Assembly (NCBI GenBank): GCA_964019425.1
Contig: OZ025788.1
Coordinates: 62,001 to 126,000, forward strand
Length of the DNA: 64,000 nucleotides
Direction of reading: 5' to 3'
Source: Flectonema sp. DT1601
Taxonomy: Eukaryota
In this document: in pieces, positions 33,672-46,100 of the stretch
How positions within the stretch are numbered: the stretch's first letter is position 1
Layout of the letters: the number at the start of each line of letters is the position of its first letter
The notes under the pieces: generated by a model
The model's database searches: none
Seen by the model: the letters and a program-made list of their open reading frames with translations, nothing else
Told to the model about the DNA's origin: nothing
Made by a program: the position numbers and the translations under genes

Positions 33672-36092
33672 TTAAATAAAAACACCGACATCAGAAACTC
33701 CTCCCTTCTGTTGTACCTCTCTCACAAGAGAGTTGAATAAATCCGTGGCAGACAGTTCCGAAGCTACGAATCCAGCGACTTTAACGACGTCTCTGTTGAT
33801 AAATAAATTACTTGTGCGAGAAACTAATTCTTCGATAAAAGAACTACTGAGTGCTACCCTGTCAAGTAACATTCGACGAAGTGTAGATAAGAATTCCTGC
33901 TGCTCAACAGTCGAAGGAAAGTTAAAAGGTTTACAATACTGAAGAACTGAATGATAGAGTTTTTGTGATTTCTGTAATTGACTACTACTTCTTTCCATGT
34001 CGATTCTCGCTGTTAACCACATTGACTTTCCCCATTCTAAGCTGGCTGGATTTCTTGTTATCAGATCAGGAATTTGATGTCTTGCTGCTGTCGCGTTGTA
34101 TATCGCATAATACTTCTTAAAATCCTTTTTAACACGAGTTAATTCAAGTAGAAGCCGCTCTCTCAATGGGATGTCAAGCGCAGCTGTTCTTCCATACAAT
34201 GTCTTTGCATCAATCAACCACGTCTTACCTTCTCTGAGTAGATCTGATATTTGAGTTCTAAACTGAATTCCGTCTTTGGTTGTTCCAACTTCCTGAACTC
34301 CCTGCAACAATAAATTATTAACATGTTTTATTGTTTGGATATGTTCACCGCATGATTTAGCAGCTTCATGAGGATCTAATGATTGATCGTGATCAGTTAG
34401 TATCTGACTACCACCATCTTGGAATGATGGAGTTGGTTGAGAATGATCATTTGTTTGATTGTTGTTATGTTTATAAACCGGAAAACTACTTTTAGGTCTG
34501 TGTCTGCAACGAGACCATGATCTGCATCCATCGAGGGTAGCACTTGACATTTTTCCTAAATGCTCAACGCTTTGATAAACTTCTTGTCTGCATTCATCTC
34601 GAAGATTTAATAGTAATTGGAGATCATGGTCTAATCTTGATCTAGTTAGATGCCATGATTTCCTCCAAGTTGAAACTTTGTACTCGGTGGTGCTATCATC
34701 ACACGGTGCACTTGAACAACTGCAAGAACTGGTATCGTCGTTGAACTCTTGAGTTTGATTTGATATGTGATTCTTATTATCATCATCATGATCACCATCA
34801 CTAAGAGATCCGTTATCGCTCGATTTCAATTGATTTGAGTTATTCGGTTGAAGTAGTTCTTCAGGTATCTCAGTTTTAAACAGCTGTCTATGTTTCTTAT
34901 TACCAACTGTTGCTTGCATTATTTTAGGTTGAGAATCGTTCATTATACTGACGGGAAAGTGATCACCAACATCTTTTTGATTTACTAAGCTCGTTATAAA
35001 TGTTGTTCCTTTGTGAGCGGCAGTTACTCTTTTTGTAGATAAAACGAGTCCCTTTCGAGGAAATTTAAAAGGAGCTTTATAACCAGCTATTTTATAAATT
35101 GGATGAACGTTATCGACGTGGTAGTTGCAGTGGGGACGATGGAGTACAGTTCGTCCTCGAACAGCAGATTTTTCGATTTCTTCAGAGATGGGAATCTCAT
35201 CTTCAGACTCAGATCCTCGACGTCGTCTCCAGGCAGGGTCTTTGTTGGTGTCTCGTCTTTCTCTTTCTTCTTTTTGTCGACGTTGATACAATTGACGATC
35301 ATAGAAATCAATACATCCATACTTCGCTGTTAGATTTCTTGGAGATATTGATTGCGGTTCATGTATGTTAGTAGAACTTATATCACCACTTACACTTTGT
35401 AACATTTTATCATTCTTTCCTGCTGAGGTTTCCAGTTGCTGTAATTTCAACGCTGATGTCATCTTCGCAGCTGTCCTTGCTATACATGGGACTCTTTTTC
35501 TCGCTAATAAAGATAAGTTAGTATGATCTCGTCGTTTGGATGAATCTCTGCCGCCATGAGAAATTAAAACATTCAAAGCTTCCCTATGTTCATCTGCTTC
35601 TTTCATCTTACCTTGTTGTTTTAGTATGCTTATAAGAGATGTTATGGAAGAAACGTGTTGCTGAACGTTGTTTTTATCTATTTTCGTATCTCGAAGGATC
35701 CTTTCTGCCCATAAAATCCGATCTTCCGAAGGACTGCTGCTGGAACGACCAAGGTCAGATCGTCTTGTATTCCTTTGAGGAGGATAGCTAAATTGTGTTG
35801 CTAGTCCTTGTGGATTACTTGGTTTTGGAGGAGGTTTGGCAGTCTCTGTAGGTCCATGTCTTGGTCTATGAATTACTTTTATGCCGTCACCTTCATCACC
35901 CCAACTAGTCTTAAATAACATTACCAAGTAAGGGTCTTTTGATCCTTTCAAGCGAGACCACATTTCTCTTTCCTGATGGATCTGATATTTACTCTTTTCT
36001 TGATTCTTATTATTCGCTGAATAAAGAAGAGCTCTTTTTCCCATCGTTTTGGGAGGTTTGCAGGCCTCTTCGGTTCGGATCACGAGTGTCAT
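33672..36092 (-). CDS. Hypothetical low-complexity/coiled-coil protein
   Basis: ORF of about 806 aa from MTLVIR. A terminal exon (VPKLRSFS*) is possible via an intron at ~33617-33685. Confidence 0.7.
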   Translation of the reverse strand: MTLVIRTEEACKPPKTMGKRALLYSANNKNQEKSKYQIHQEREMWSRLKGSKDPYLVMLFKTSWGDEGDGIKVIHRPRHGPTETAKPPPKPSNPQGLATQFSYPPQRNTRRSDLGRSSSSPSEDRILWAERILRDTKIDKNNVQQHVSSITSLISILKQQGKMKEADEHREALNVLISHGGRDSSKRRDHTNLSLLARKRVPCIARTAAKMTSALKLQQLETSAGKNDKMLQSVSGDISSTNIHEPQSISPRNLTAKYGCIDFYDRQLYQRRQKEERERRDTNKDPAWRRRRGSESEDEIPISEEIEKSAVRGRTVLHRPHCNYHVDNVHPIYKIAGYKAPFKFPRKGLVLSTKRVTAAHKGTTFITSLVNQKDVGDHFPVSIMNDSQPKIMQATVGNKKHRQLFKTEIPEELLQPNNSNQLKSSDNGSLSDGDHDDDNKNHISNQTQEFNDDTSSCSCSSAPCDDSTTEYKVSTWRKSWHLTRSRLDHDLQLLLNLRDECRQEVYQSVEHLGKMSSATLDGCRSWSRCRHRPKSSFPVYKHNNNQTNDHSQPTPSFQDGGSQILTDHDQSLDPHEAAKSCGEHIQTIKHVNNLLLQGVQEVGTTKDGIQFRTQISDLLREGKTWLIDAKTLYGRTAALDIPLRERLLLELTRVKKDFKKYYAIYNATAARHQIPDLITRNPASLEWGKSMWLTARIDMERSSSQLQKSQKLYHSVLQYCKPFNFPSTVEQQEFLSTLRRMLLDRVALSSSFIEELVSRTSNLFINRDVVKVAGFVASELSATDLFNSLVREVQQKGGVSDVGVFI

Positions 36093-36411
36093 TGTATCGA
36101 GTTGTTGACATATAAATCTGGTTTTTTTTTTTTTTTTTTTTTTTTTTTTCCACAAAGTAAATAATAATACGAACAACCAACGTTATGAAACATTCTTAAC
36201 ACAGCCATGCTATTGTCAGCTGTTTCCAGCATATTTGATTGTAAAACTGAATTAAGTTTTTTATCATTAAACACTTAGAAATATAAACATATACAGGATG
36301 ATGGAAACTAACAACAATCTCATGTTATGATAATGCTACTTTTGAGAAGTAAATAATGAGACGAACACATTACAATAAAATACTTTCCACCGATACTTGA
36401 AAAACGGAGGT

Positions 36412-38062
36412 AGGGGTAATTTGATACTGCATTTTCAAGCTCAAAAGGAACAACAATTTCTCCGACAATCTTGACTGTCAGCGGCAGCGTAGTAAATGAC
36501 TGCAAATATATAAATAATACCACTGGAGGCCACGTGAACATAGTTGAGCGCCACTTGCCTATGTTACCGTAACAGCTTTTTATAAAACTCATGAGTACTT
36601 AATTAATACATTATATTGTCTTGAAAATTAACCATAGAAAAAGACGAACACCAGGAAGGGGGGCGGCTCTTTGTCAATAGCCGTATATACTGGTATTTGA
36701 TGATACGAAAACTGTATTAAAAGTAGTTCAAGATGGCGAAACACGTTGTGAAATAAATAAACGTAGCACATCTCACTACTAACAAAAAACCTAAAACAAA
36801 AAGGAAACGTGATAACCCGCATATACGGTCAACAGCCGGTAAGTGGCAAAGTGCCATTCCCTCGCTACACTCCACTCCCCCTAGCTGTCACAAATGTAAA
36901 TCAAAATGCCCTTCATGGCTAGTCACTACAATTAAACTTCCCGGGGGCGACGGGATTGGAAATAAAAGAGGGAAAAGAAAGATTGTCTTCGATCATGCCG
37001 CTCCAAAATTAAAAAAGGGGCGAGCAAAACATCCTCATAATTCACACAGGGAGAGGGGGACACCACGCGGACTAGCCGCCGTTTTTTTGCTAATTTTGTC
37101 CCTTGGGAAGTGCATTAAACTTGTCCACTTCAACGGTGGATAGCACGCACAGTCTCCCGTTCCTGCCCAGACCTAGGCAAAGTGTGTAACTTTAAACGTG
37201 GGTTGCATAAATAATTAGGAAAGCAACACTGGATGAGTGGTCAGTTGTACATAGGCACAATATGGTATACACTGCTCCACGCCAGTACAGAGATACCGGG
37301 GTACAGTGCAAAGAGGGGTAATTTGATACTGCATTTTCAAGCTCAAAAGGAACAACAATTTCTCCGACAATCTTGACTGTCAGCGGCAGCGTAGTAAATG
37401 ACTGCAAATATATAAATAATACCACTGGAGGCCACGTGAACATAGTTGAGCGCCACTTGCCTATGTTACCGTAACAGCTTTTTATAAAACTCATGAGTAC
37501 TTAATTAATACATTATATTGTCTTGAAAATTAACCATAGAAAAAGACGAACACCAGGAAGGGGGGCGGCTCTTTGTCAATAGCCGTATATACTGGTATTT
37601 GATGATACGAAAACTGTATTAAAAGTAGTTCAAGATGGCGAAACACGTTGTGAAATAAATAAACGTAGCACATCTCACTACTAACAAAAAACCTAAAACA
37701 AAAAGGAAACGTGATAACCCGCATATACGGTCAACAGCCGGTAAGTGGCAAAGTGCCATTCCCTCGCTACACTCCACTCCCCCTAGCTGTCACAAATGTA
37801 AATCAAAATGCCCTTCATGGCTAGTCACTACAATTAAACTTCCCGGGGGCGACGGGATTGGAAATAAAAGAGGGAAAAGAAAGATTGTCTTCGATCATGC
37901 CGCTCCAAAATTAAAAAAGGGGCGAGCAAAACATCCTCATAATTCACACAGGGAGAGGGGGACACCACGCGGACTAGCCGCCGTTTTTTTGCTAATTTTG
38001 TCCCTTGGGAAGTGCATTAAACTTGTCCACTTCAACGGTGGATAGCACGCACAGTCTCCCGT
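36412..38062. mobile_element. Non-coding element: 749-bp direct repeat, 153-bp spacer, 749-bp direct repeat
   Basis: 36412-37160 and 37314-38062 appear identical (period 902). GTAGGGG is present at both junctions (36410-36416 and 38061-38067). Confidence 0.8.
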
Positions 38063-38817
38063 AGGGGGAAAAAAATAATAATAATAATAATAAGCCTATG
38101 ATTAGGTCATTAAGACACGGTGCGGATTCTTTTTCTTCTTCTTTATTTATTTTTCCTTCGTATCCTCATTTTTTTTTTTTTTTTTTTTTGGGGTGCATCG
38201 ATGGCGGAGTACTTCTTGACGATTTACGATTTCATTTTTTTTTTTTTTTTTCAATTTTTTTTTTTTTTTTTCTTTAACTGGATTCAAGATCATACGGAAG
38301 ACAATAAGTAACTTTCCCCTTATCACAAGATAAATGGGACACACAGAGCACTTGCGCTTAAAAAATTGGGTACTCCCATCTTTATTAACAAAGAGATTAG
38401 GCCTTCAAATGATGCGTGTTTTTTTTTTTTTTTTTTTTTTTTAGCTCGGCATTTCGCCAGTCACACAAAAATTGAGGGAAGAAGAAAAAGAAGAAAAAAA
38501 AGTAAAAAAAACGGACTCGGCTAGGGAAATCCAATTAAAAAAAAAACAGCTAACCAATATTCGACGTACATGAGATCACACGCTGCATATATTCGTTTGC
38601 GAACATCCTCAAAAATGGAAAGGATATATTATCACCGTCAACATTATTGTTTTATATTTTTTTTAAATTCTCATTAAGGCTAGGTGCAAAAAAGAAAAAA
38701 AAGACTTTAATAATAATAATGATGACCACTGTACACGGAAGTAAAACAGAACAAATCAACTGACAAAATGAAACACGTCAAAGCGTACGACAATACTTTG
38801 AACATACTCAACGACGC

Positions 38818-41636
38818 TTAGGATGATTTTATTATAATCCCACCGTTGCGTGATCGCTGTTTGTTTGTTTGTTTGTTTTTGAGAAACAAAACAAAACAAA
38901 ATAATATTATTCTTTTCATACCTTCGAAGAAGCCGAACTTACCCTATGATGAACGATACCAATAACTGCACCATCGCGGATCTGTGCTCGAACACTGTCA
39001 TCCTCTTTTAGTGGATCTTTTGGGAAGATTTTCACACCATGAACATACTGTTGGTAATTGGATTTCATTTTTTAAAACCAGACGACAGAACAAACAATAA
39101 ACAAACGAATACACACCAACGGTATAAGAGTCCAATCGGACCCGTCGCTATCTTCAGGAAATGATTTTGGGAATTCAACTTTAAAGTCTCGTCGTTTTAC
39201 AGGAAATGGTTTTATAGGCGCGTCAGCTCTTTGACAAAGAGGTTCAACAGCAGTTGGGCCTGTCCAAGGAGAGATGCCAATAAATTCCAATATACTTTTA
39301 AGTAGTTCAGATGGAGTAGTTGCTGTTGTGATGTGAACTGGGAACGGCATTCCAATGAACTCATTCTTATCGTGATTAAAATGACAACATTGAATATGAT
39401 CAGCGTGTTTGGGTATTTCAATAGATAACCTCGACTGAGGCATCGCACGAACACAAAAAACACATGGAGAACTCATCATCGAACGACAACTTATCCCCGG
39501 CTGCATGTTAGTTACAAATAATTTCCCATCAGGAAGTTTTTCTAATACCGATTTTGGTAGTTGAGTTAAGGCTGACTCAACGTCATTAGATGTCGGCTCA
39601 CCTCCGATTATGACGGTAAAGCATCCAAAGAAATCATCGTATCGGTTTCCGAAAACATTAACATACACTCTATTCGCGCTCCCATACATAGATCCCGTGA
39701 TCTTTGCAGGGTCAAGGTTGGTTTCAAAGTCCAGGATTTCGTATCTAAACTGCGCGACCGTATGATCAGTTTTTTTTATTTTTATGAACTCAATTGGTAT
39801 GGAGAGTCTCTCTGAAACCATCTGTTTTAAATCAGAGCAACCTAATTCATCTGTTTTTAGAACATTAAACTTTAGTGATTCATGACGAAATGGTATCACA
39901 CTCTGATGTTCAACAGGTGGAATACATAAAACTTTCTTATTCTGTTCTAGACGTTGGTGTTCATGAAAAGAAGAACTTTCATGTGCTTCAATCACACAAA
40001 CTAATAAGTTTTCAATCGTAGGTACAGCATGACCCTCAACAGTATAACAAACAACAATATTTCCTAACGATGATGGGTAAGATGATAGCTGTGGAGTTAT
40101 AACTTCCGGATGCGGATGCATTTTCTTATTTTCAAAATTAACCAAAAAAGTGAATTTTTTATACAACGTAGTATTTACCTTCATTGATGGCGGGTGTATA
40201 TAAAACACTCCAGGATCCAATCTCGATCCTACCCCGTAGCAGTCATCATCGACCAATACTAACCCAGTTTGGGTACATTTAAATAATTGCATTTCTGATA
40301 GAAGTTTATCAGGAACTTCTAAAGAGTCGACTACAGCAGTTTTAAGCCCTTGAATACCCTTTTTTTTTTCACAATAAAAACGTCTGCCCGCACCTTTGTA
40401 ATTAACATCCCTGAAACAGTCGATATTTAACGGATTTGTTTCTATCCTTTCTTTGTAGTCTTCAGAGGTCAATAAAACTATTTCCGCATATTCATTTGGT
40501 GATCTACGACGGACTTCTTCAGTCATTTTTTCTCGAAGCTGTCGTGTCAGTAGACTACATCGACGAGGTTGAGTATCAGCAAGGAGGATCTGATCTATTT
40601 GTGATTTACGTAAGTAGACTAATAAATAAGCTGAGGCATATCCATACGACCAAGAACGGCCTGAGGAGGTCCCGTAGTTTTCACGAATAGCATCGTCGGA
40701 AGTGCACTTCGAGACGCGGCTGTCATCGAACTTGTACCAATTGCTTTGATCAACTTTTACAAAACTATAGTAATGTCCCATCGTCGCAGTGGACCCCCTG
40801 TGAACCATAACAGCGTGAAGAACGAATGTGTTGTCTTCGTTAGTTTCACAGAATTCAGATAAATCAAGTTCGTCTTCAAATTGAACCTCATCACTGACTT
40901 TTTCAGCTCTGCCATACAAGTCTTGACAAAACCTTTTCAAATGAAGTATCAATATGTTTGGAAAAGATTTAAATTTCATTCCTTTCACAGCATCATGCAG
41001 GGATCTCGATCCATCCTTTTCCAGTTCGTATTTATTATTTCCGTTCAACTGATCTTCAACAATAAAAGATCTGAAACACTCATGGAGATTACTATTCATC
41101 GTTTTATCGAAGTTCTTTACATTTAACTGAATGTCGATGTAGGGTTCATCGACAGAGTTCTCGTACTCTATTTCTGGATCTGTCACTCGGATGTACGATG
41201 TGAAGAAACCTCTAAAATGTTTACTTATAATATCAGTTCCTTTTTCAGAGTTCTTTTTAAAACATGATTCGATGTGCCCAGTTACTAAGACTTGTAATAG
41301 TTCCTGAACATCGTGTTGACGATATGCCTCATACGAATCCCATCCAAAACTTTGAGTCAACGCCTCCGTTGACACCGGAAGCGTGCTTTCCTCCATTCGA
41401 TAGAACAATTGCTGTAAAGCTGACACAACCCTATCCTCATCCCTCGGTAAGGTAAATATCCCTTCTCTAAAAACAGTTAAATGAAACAATGCTTGCAATA
41501 ATGAATTCATGTAGCAAGTGGCACCTTGATTTACTAAGCCAACGTAATTGTTCTTTGGTGACACCGCAAGGGGAGTTGAAGAAGAAGAAGAGGAGCTGCC
41601 ATTAGTACCACCGAGAGCCACATCCATGTCGGGCAT
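38818..41636 (-). CDS. Ubiquitin-specific protease (C19, USP7-like); exons 41636-39117, 39047-38943, 38856-38818
   Basis: Cys box GLVNQGATCYMNSLLQ, QHDVQEL, and His box VHRG...GHYY..WYKFDD. Two phase-0 introns add a USP7-like tail (IGIVHH..GIIIKSS*). Confidence 0.92.
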
Positions 41637-42790
41637 GTTTGTGTATTATCTCAACTTAAAATGGAAAAATGAATTATAAAAAAAACGATAAAAACAAAAA
41701 CAAAAAATAGTACGGAATCTCAATACCATCTTCAACGTAACCAACAAATGCGAATCTGGTTTGAAGGGGTGAAATAATTAAAAAAAAAAAAAAAAAAAAA
41801 ATGGGGGAAAAAAAAAAAAAAAAAAAACTTATATTATATTTGTCAAAAACAAATTCTCATTTACAATAATTGAATACGTCTTTTTTTAATTTATTTTTTA
41901 AAAGAATTACAGGGCAAAAAATAAAACAAACAAATCTTTTTAAAAATTGTAGGGATGTGGATGTTGGTATATGTGTGCATGGATAAAGTCAAACGTTTCG
42001 ACAACACAATTAAATGCTTACACAGCAAGACTATCTCACTGGCTAAATTAGTCGCCGTGGAGCTTCCCAGAGTACGACCCCACAAATTACTGGAAGGACC
42101 GAAGGATTAACAAAAAAAAGGGAAAAAATGAAATTGTGTACAAAAAAAACAATAATATTATGAAATAAAAATAAAAAAAAAAGTCACAGAATTTTTTTTT
42201 CTTCTTCATCAAGGTTCACGTTGTCGCTTAAATAAAAATCAGAGAAAAAACCCGCAAACCTATTTTTTTTTTTTTTTTTTTTTTTGGAAATACCCAACTA
42301 AGCCAATGGAGTCAAATAGAAAGCACTTATTCTTCAACAAGTTCATTTTGCATTCAACCACACGCAAGGGTCGATTGCAGTTTTTCCTTTACACTTATTC
42401 AAGGCATTTCAAGAAAACTACTCGTTGACTTCATACCAAATTTAAAAAAAAAAAAAAAAAAAAACTTCCAGCAGCTTTAAAAATTTTAGGTTTTAACTGC
42501 TGGATTGAAACAAAAAGTAATATATAACTAGGTTGGGAGTAGTAAAAAAAAAAAAAAAAAGAAAAGTCAACGAATCGTATAACGGACAACAAAAAAAACG
42601 ATAAAAAGGAGAGAAGAAGAAGAAAAAAAAAATTCAAACAACTATAAAAATAAAACAAGGGAAATACAGGTTAAGAAAAAAAACAAAAAAAAAGTTATCT
42701 GCTCAAAACATGTTGAGATATGAAAAAAAAAAATTTGAAACGCTATTTTATCTCTACGATAAAAATAATTTGAAAAATACAACAACGATA

Positions 42791-42828
<38 letters not shown>

Positions 42829-42953
42829 GGGGGGAGAAATCAATACAGTACGGAGACCCTGAGAAGTTAAACATGAGAACAAGTTTTAAAAAAAAAAAAA
42901 AAATACAACTGCAGTAAAGGAGGTCTAAGGGAGATTATAATTTAAAAAAAAAG

Positions 42954-43085
42954 CTATTCAGATAAAGCCTTTTATTTTGGCTGATGCAGACGGTGTTGGC
43001 GCACAGCGAAACAGATAACATTTGACCATAAATAAAACGGCTCTTAATCTGAATAGTTTCTTCTCCGACTTCGTCGGTGCGAAGG
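42954..43085. repeat. Structured repeat family A, copy 5 (diverged interior, compensatory arm change)
   Basis: ctattcagat...atctgaatag arms and a ccgac-ttc-gtcgg hairpin. Confidence 0.85.
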
Positions 43086-43158
43086 AAAAAACAAAAAAAA
43101 AAAAACTGAAAAAAACATAACAATCGACGAAATGCAAACAATAACTCAGAACCACTAC

Positions 43159-46100
43159 CTACTTCTCATGCTGTAGTGACATTGCGTACCTTAAGCAGTG
43201 GAGCGACTGTTTTTTTATGTATTTTTAATTTAGTTTTTTTTTTTTTTTTTCTTTAAAAAACCATTCAGATAAAGCCTTATATTTTCGCAAGAAATAAACG
43301 GTTTTCAATCTGAATAATTTCTTCTCCGACGATGTCGGTACAAAAAAAAGAAAAAAAAAAAAAAGAAATTCATACCCTAACGTTACTATCCCTGATGCTG
43401 GCACCCATTGCAGGTATTTTAGATTGATAAGGAGCCTCTAAGGCCGTTCTGAGTAAGTCACATCTAGCAGTCTTATCAGGGATCTCAAGGATACCTTCTT
43501 GCCATTGTTTGCTTACTTTTCGTGATAATAGTGATTCACAGACAATGTGATCTGATAAAGAACTCCACAATCTAATGAGAAAAACTAAGAAATCCCTTTC
43601 TGGTTGACCTCCTGGAGATGGAATAACAACACAGTGACTCTCATTCTTAATGTCAATAAAAAACTTATCAAGTGTATTCGGTGATGTTGTTGTTAATAAT
43701 CGACAGCCTACTTCATGCATTGATCCCATGTTACCAATTATAAATGGTTCTGTTGATGTTGATTTTTTAATTTTTATCTTACGTTCAGAGAGTTGTAGAA
43801 CACATAATTCCTCCTTAATCAATACGTTAAAAGATGGTGTCTGAACCAAGCAATCAATAACCTCTTGTATGATGTATTCGCTGATTAATACTTCAGTTGG
43901 TTTTGAGCAAATCACTTCTCCTTTTAATCCCTTGACGTCAACAGGACAGCATTTCGCTCTCACAGAGAAGTACAATTGATCTGGAGTCGCTGTAAAACTA
44001 AATTTTTCATATGAGCTGACTTCATTCCAATTATCGCTATTGTTCTCACGTTGTTCCCATGAAGCTAAAGATTTTCCTTCTGAGATTCCATCAGAATGAC
44101 TGTACTGAGTTACCAAATGAATCGACGTACTTAAAAAACATTCTTCAGGTATTATTATTTCATTAAATACAGGTCCTTTTTGGAAATGTTTATCCCTGAT
44201 TTTTTTTTTTTTTTTTTTTTTCCCCCCCGAGTAGATAAAAAAAATGAAAACTGCTTTCTCCGTCTGAATCCCACTGACAATTGTTGCATTTAAGCATTAT
44301 TCAACTTAAACGACGTTATTTGGAATTGTCGAAATGTTTTTCAACAATTCTTAAGAACTAAACATACATAGATACCTGAGGTTCTGGGTCAGAACGTACT
44401 CCAAAAGTTGCTGGTGCAGCCTCACAAGCTAATGATGGGGTCGGGGGAGTGTCTGAGAACGATCCTCCGAAAACTGCTACATTTTCAACATCTGGTCTGT
44501 TAATTGTGGTGATTGGTTCATATTCTGGTTCTGGAGATTCACTTCTTTTTAAAACATGTTTCTGAATAGTCTCACCCTCATCATCATCACTGTCACCACC
44601 ACCAGGAAGTACCAGGGTAACTTTTTTCATACTCGCAGAAGGTGAAGGAGGTTCACTAGTATTGGCGCTTAAACTTGTCGATTTTTTTATTTTGTCACCG
44701 TCACTAGTGAGTCTGGCTAACTCGCTATCTGTTTTCACAATCTTTTCATCTTTTGAAGTAGATAAGTTTAAAGGCGTCTCATCTCCTTCTTTAACGGAGT
44801 CGATCGATACGAAAGAATCATTTCTATCATCAAGTGTGGCGGTGACATCGAGAAGCTCTGCTTCATCATAGCTTCCTTGAGTTCGGCTGAGTTGTCCAGA
44901 AACAGCCCATTGGGATGAGACCAGGTCAATGTTTTCAAACGTTTCTTGAGATTTCAAAAATTGATCTTGCGGTGGTTCCAATTGTGGCTGTTTCTTTTCC
45001 TTTTCTTTTTTATTTTCAATTCCCTTATCCTTCCTCGTAGTGCTGTCCGTACTTCCAACTCGTTGGATTTTTAAACCTCCCAGAGAATCTTTTGAGATTT
45101 CAAGAGACTTTTGAACATCTGAAGATGGTCTTGCTGACGATCCTCTCCTCAAAAATGACGCCGAACTCATCCTTCTTTTCGGAGTATCCTGACCACTTGG
45201 AACCCTAACTGTTGGTAATAAAACAGAACCATCCTCCGCTCGGTCTAATCGACCGCTCGCTGTTCTTTTTGGAAGAACACTTACTGAACTTCTGTATTCT
45301 GAAGTCATTCTCTGAAGGTTTACTCTTGATCTCAATACTTTACCCAATTCTATTGAAATTGGTGTTCTGTTTTATGTGTGTGTTGATATCGTATGAAATA
45401 AAAGAAATATATATTTAGAATTATAAAAGCACATACCCCATCAGCGGTGTTGGGTAATCAACAACCTTTCTCAGAGGTGTTACTGTGAGACGAACAGTGC
45501 GACCGATGTCTGGATTATTAGTCACAAATAGATCTGAGTCGCTGTTCCGATACTGTTTTGATTGTTTGGTTTAAATTATTTTTTTTAAAAAAATAATTTA
45601 AAAAAAATGATTAATAAACATACTTCTCTCCAAGGATCGTCAGATGTAAGTTGGTATTCCCATTTATAAATAACTTCAATTTCGAGTTCTCTGTTAGATT
45701 CGTGAACAGCTTCGAGTTTATAACCTGCTTGAATCTCACATGACAAGATCTCATCCCCCCAGTAGGTGTCGTTGTTATCTTCATTATGAGTCTGGGGATT
45801 CATTATTCTAACACCAATCCTTTTAATACATCCATGTATTAGAGCTGATGATTGAATCGTTTGATCTGATCCAGCAAACGACTTCGCTGGCAATGAAACA
45901 GTCAGCCATAACTTCTTTCCAACTTCAGTTGCTGGAACTCGATAGTTCATTGGTGAGTTTGACGATGGTTGTCTTAGGTTTTTATTTCCAGGATTCTCAA
46001 CTTTCCAATGAAAAGTACCTCCAGAGACATCAATATTATATATATTCTCATCAAGGAAGTCGTGTTCAATTACAGGGTCTGGCCATACTATTCTAAGTAA

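Noticed and set aside
33520..33691. Overlap or fusion between the ARH ORF and the upstream ORF
   Set aside because: The ARH N-terminal extension is translated poly(A)/UTR sequence. The real start is MSISIS at 33520.
36690..36720. TTGATGATACGAAA in the 749-bp repeat as a minimal hammerhead
   Set aside because: The core C is missing, there is no stem II, and stems I and III are not convincing.
36320..37724. Duplicated short ORFs (MSFIKS.., MRVITF..) as genes
   Set aside because: They are short by-products of the direct repeat, and one pair diverges exactly at the repeat boundary.
36412..38062. Classical LTR/TRIM retrotransposon
   Set aside because: No TG..CA termini, no evident primer-binding site, and no independent 4-6 bp TSD.
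44252..44273. Micro-exon WDSDGES in AIR9
   Set aside because: Its phase does not fit. A single intron 44196-44367 with a GTATGT donor restores the frame.
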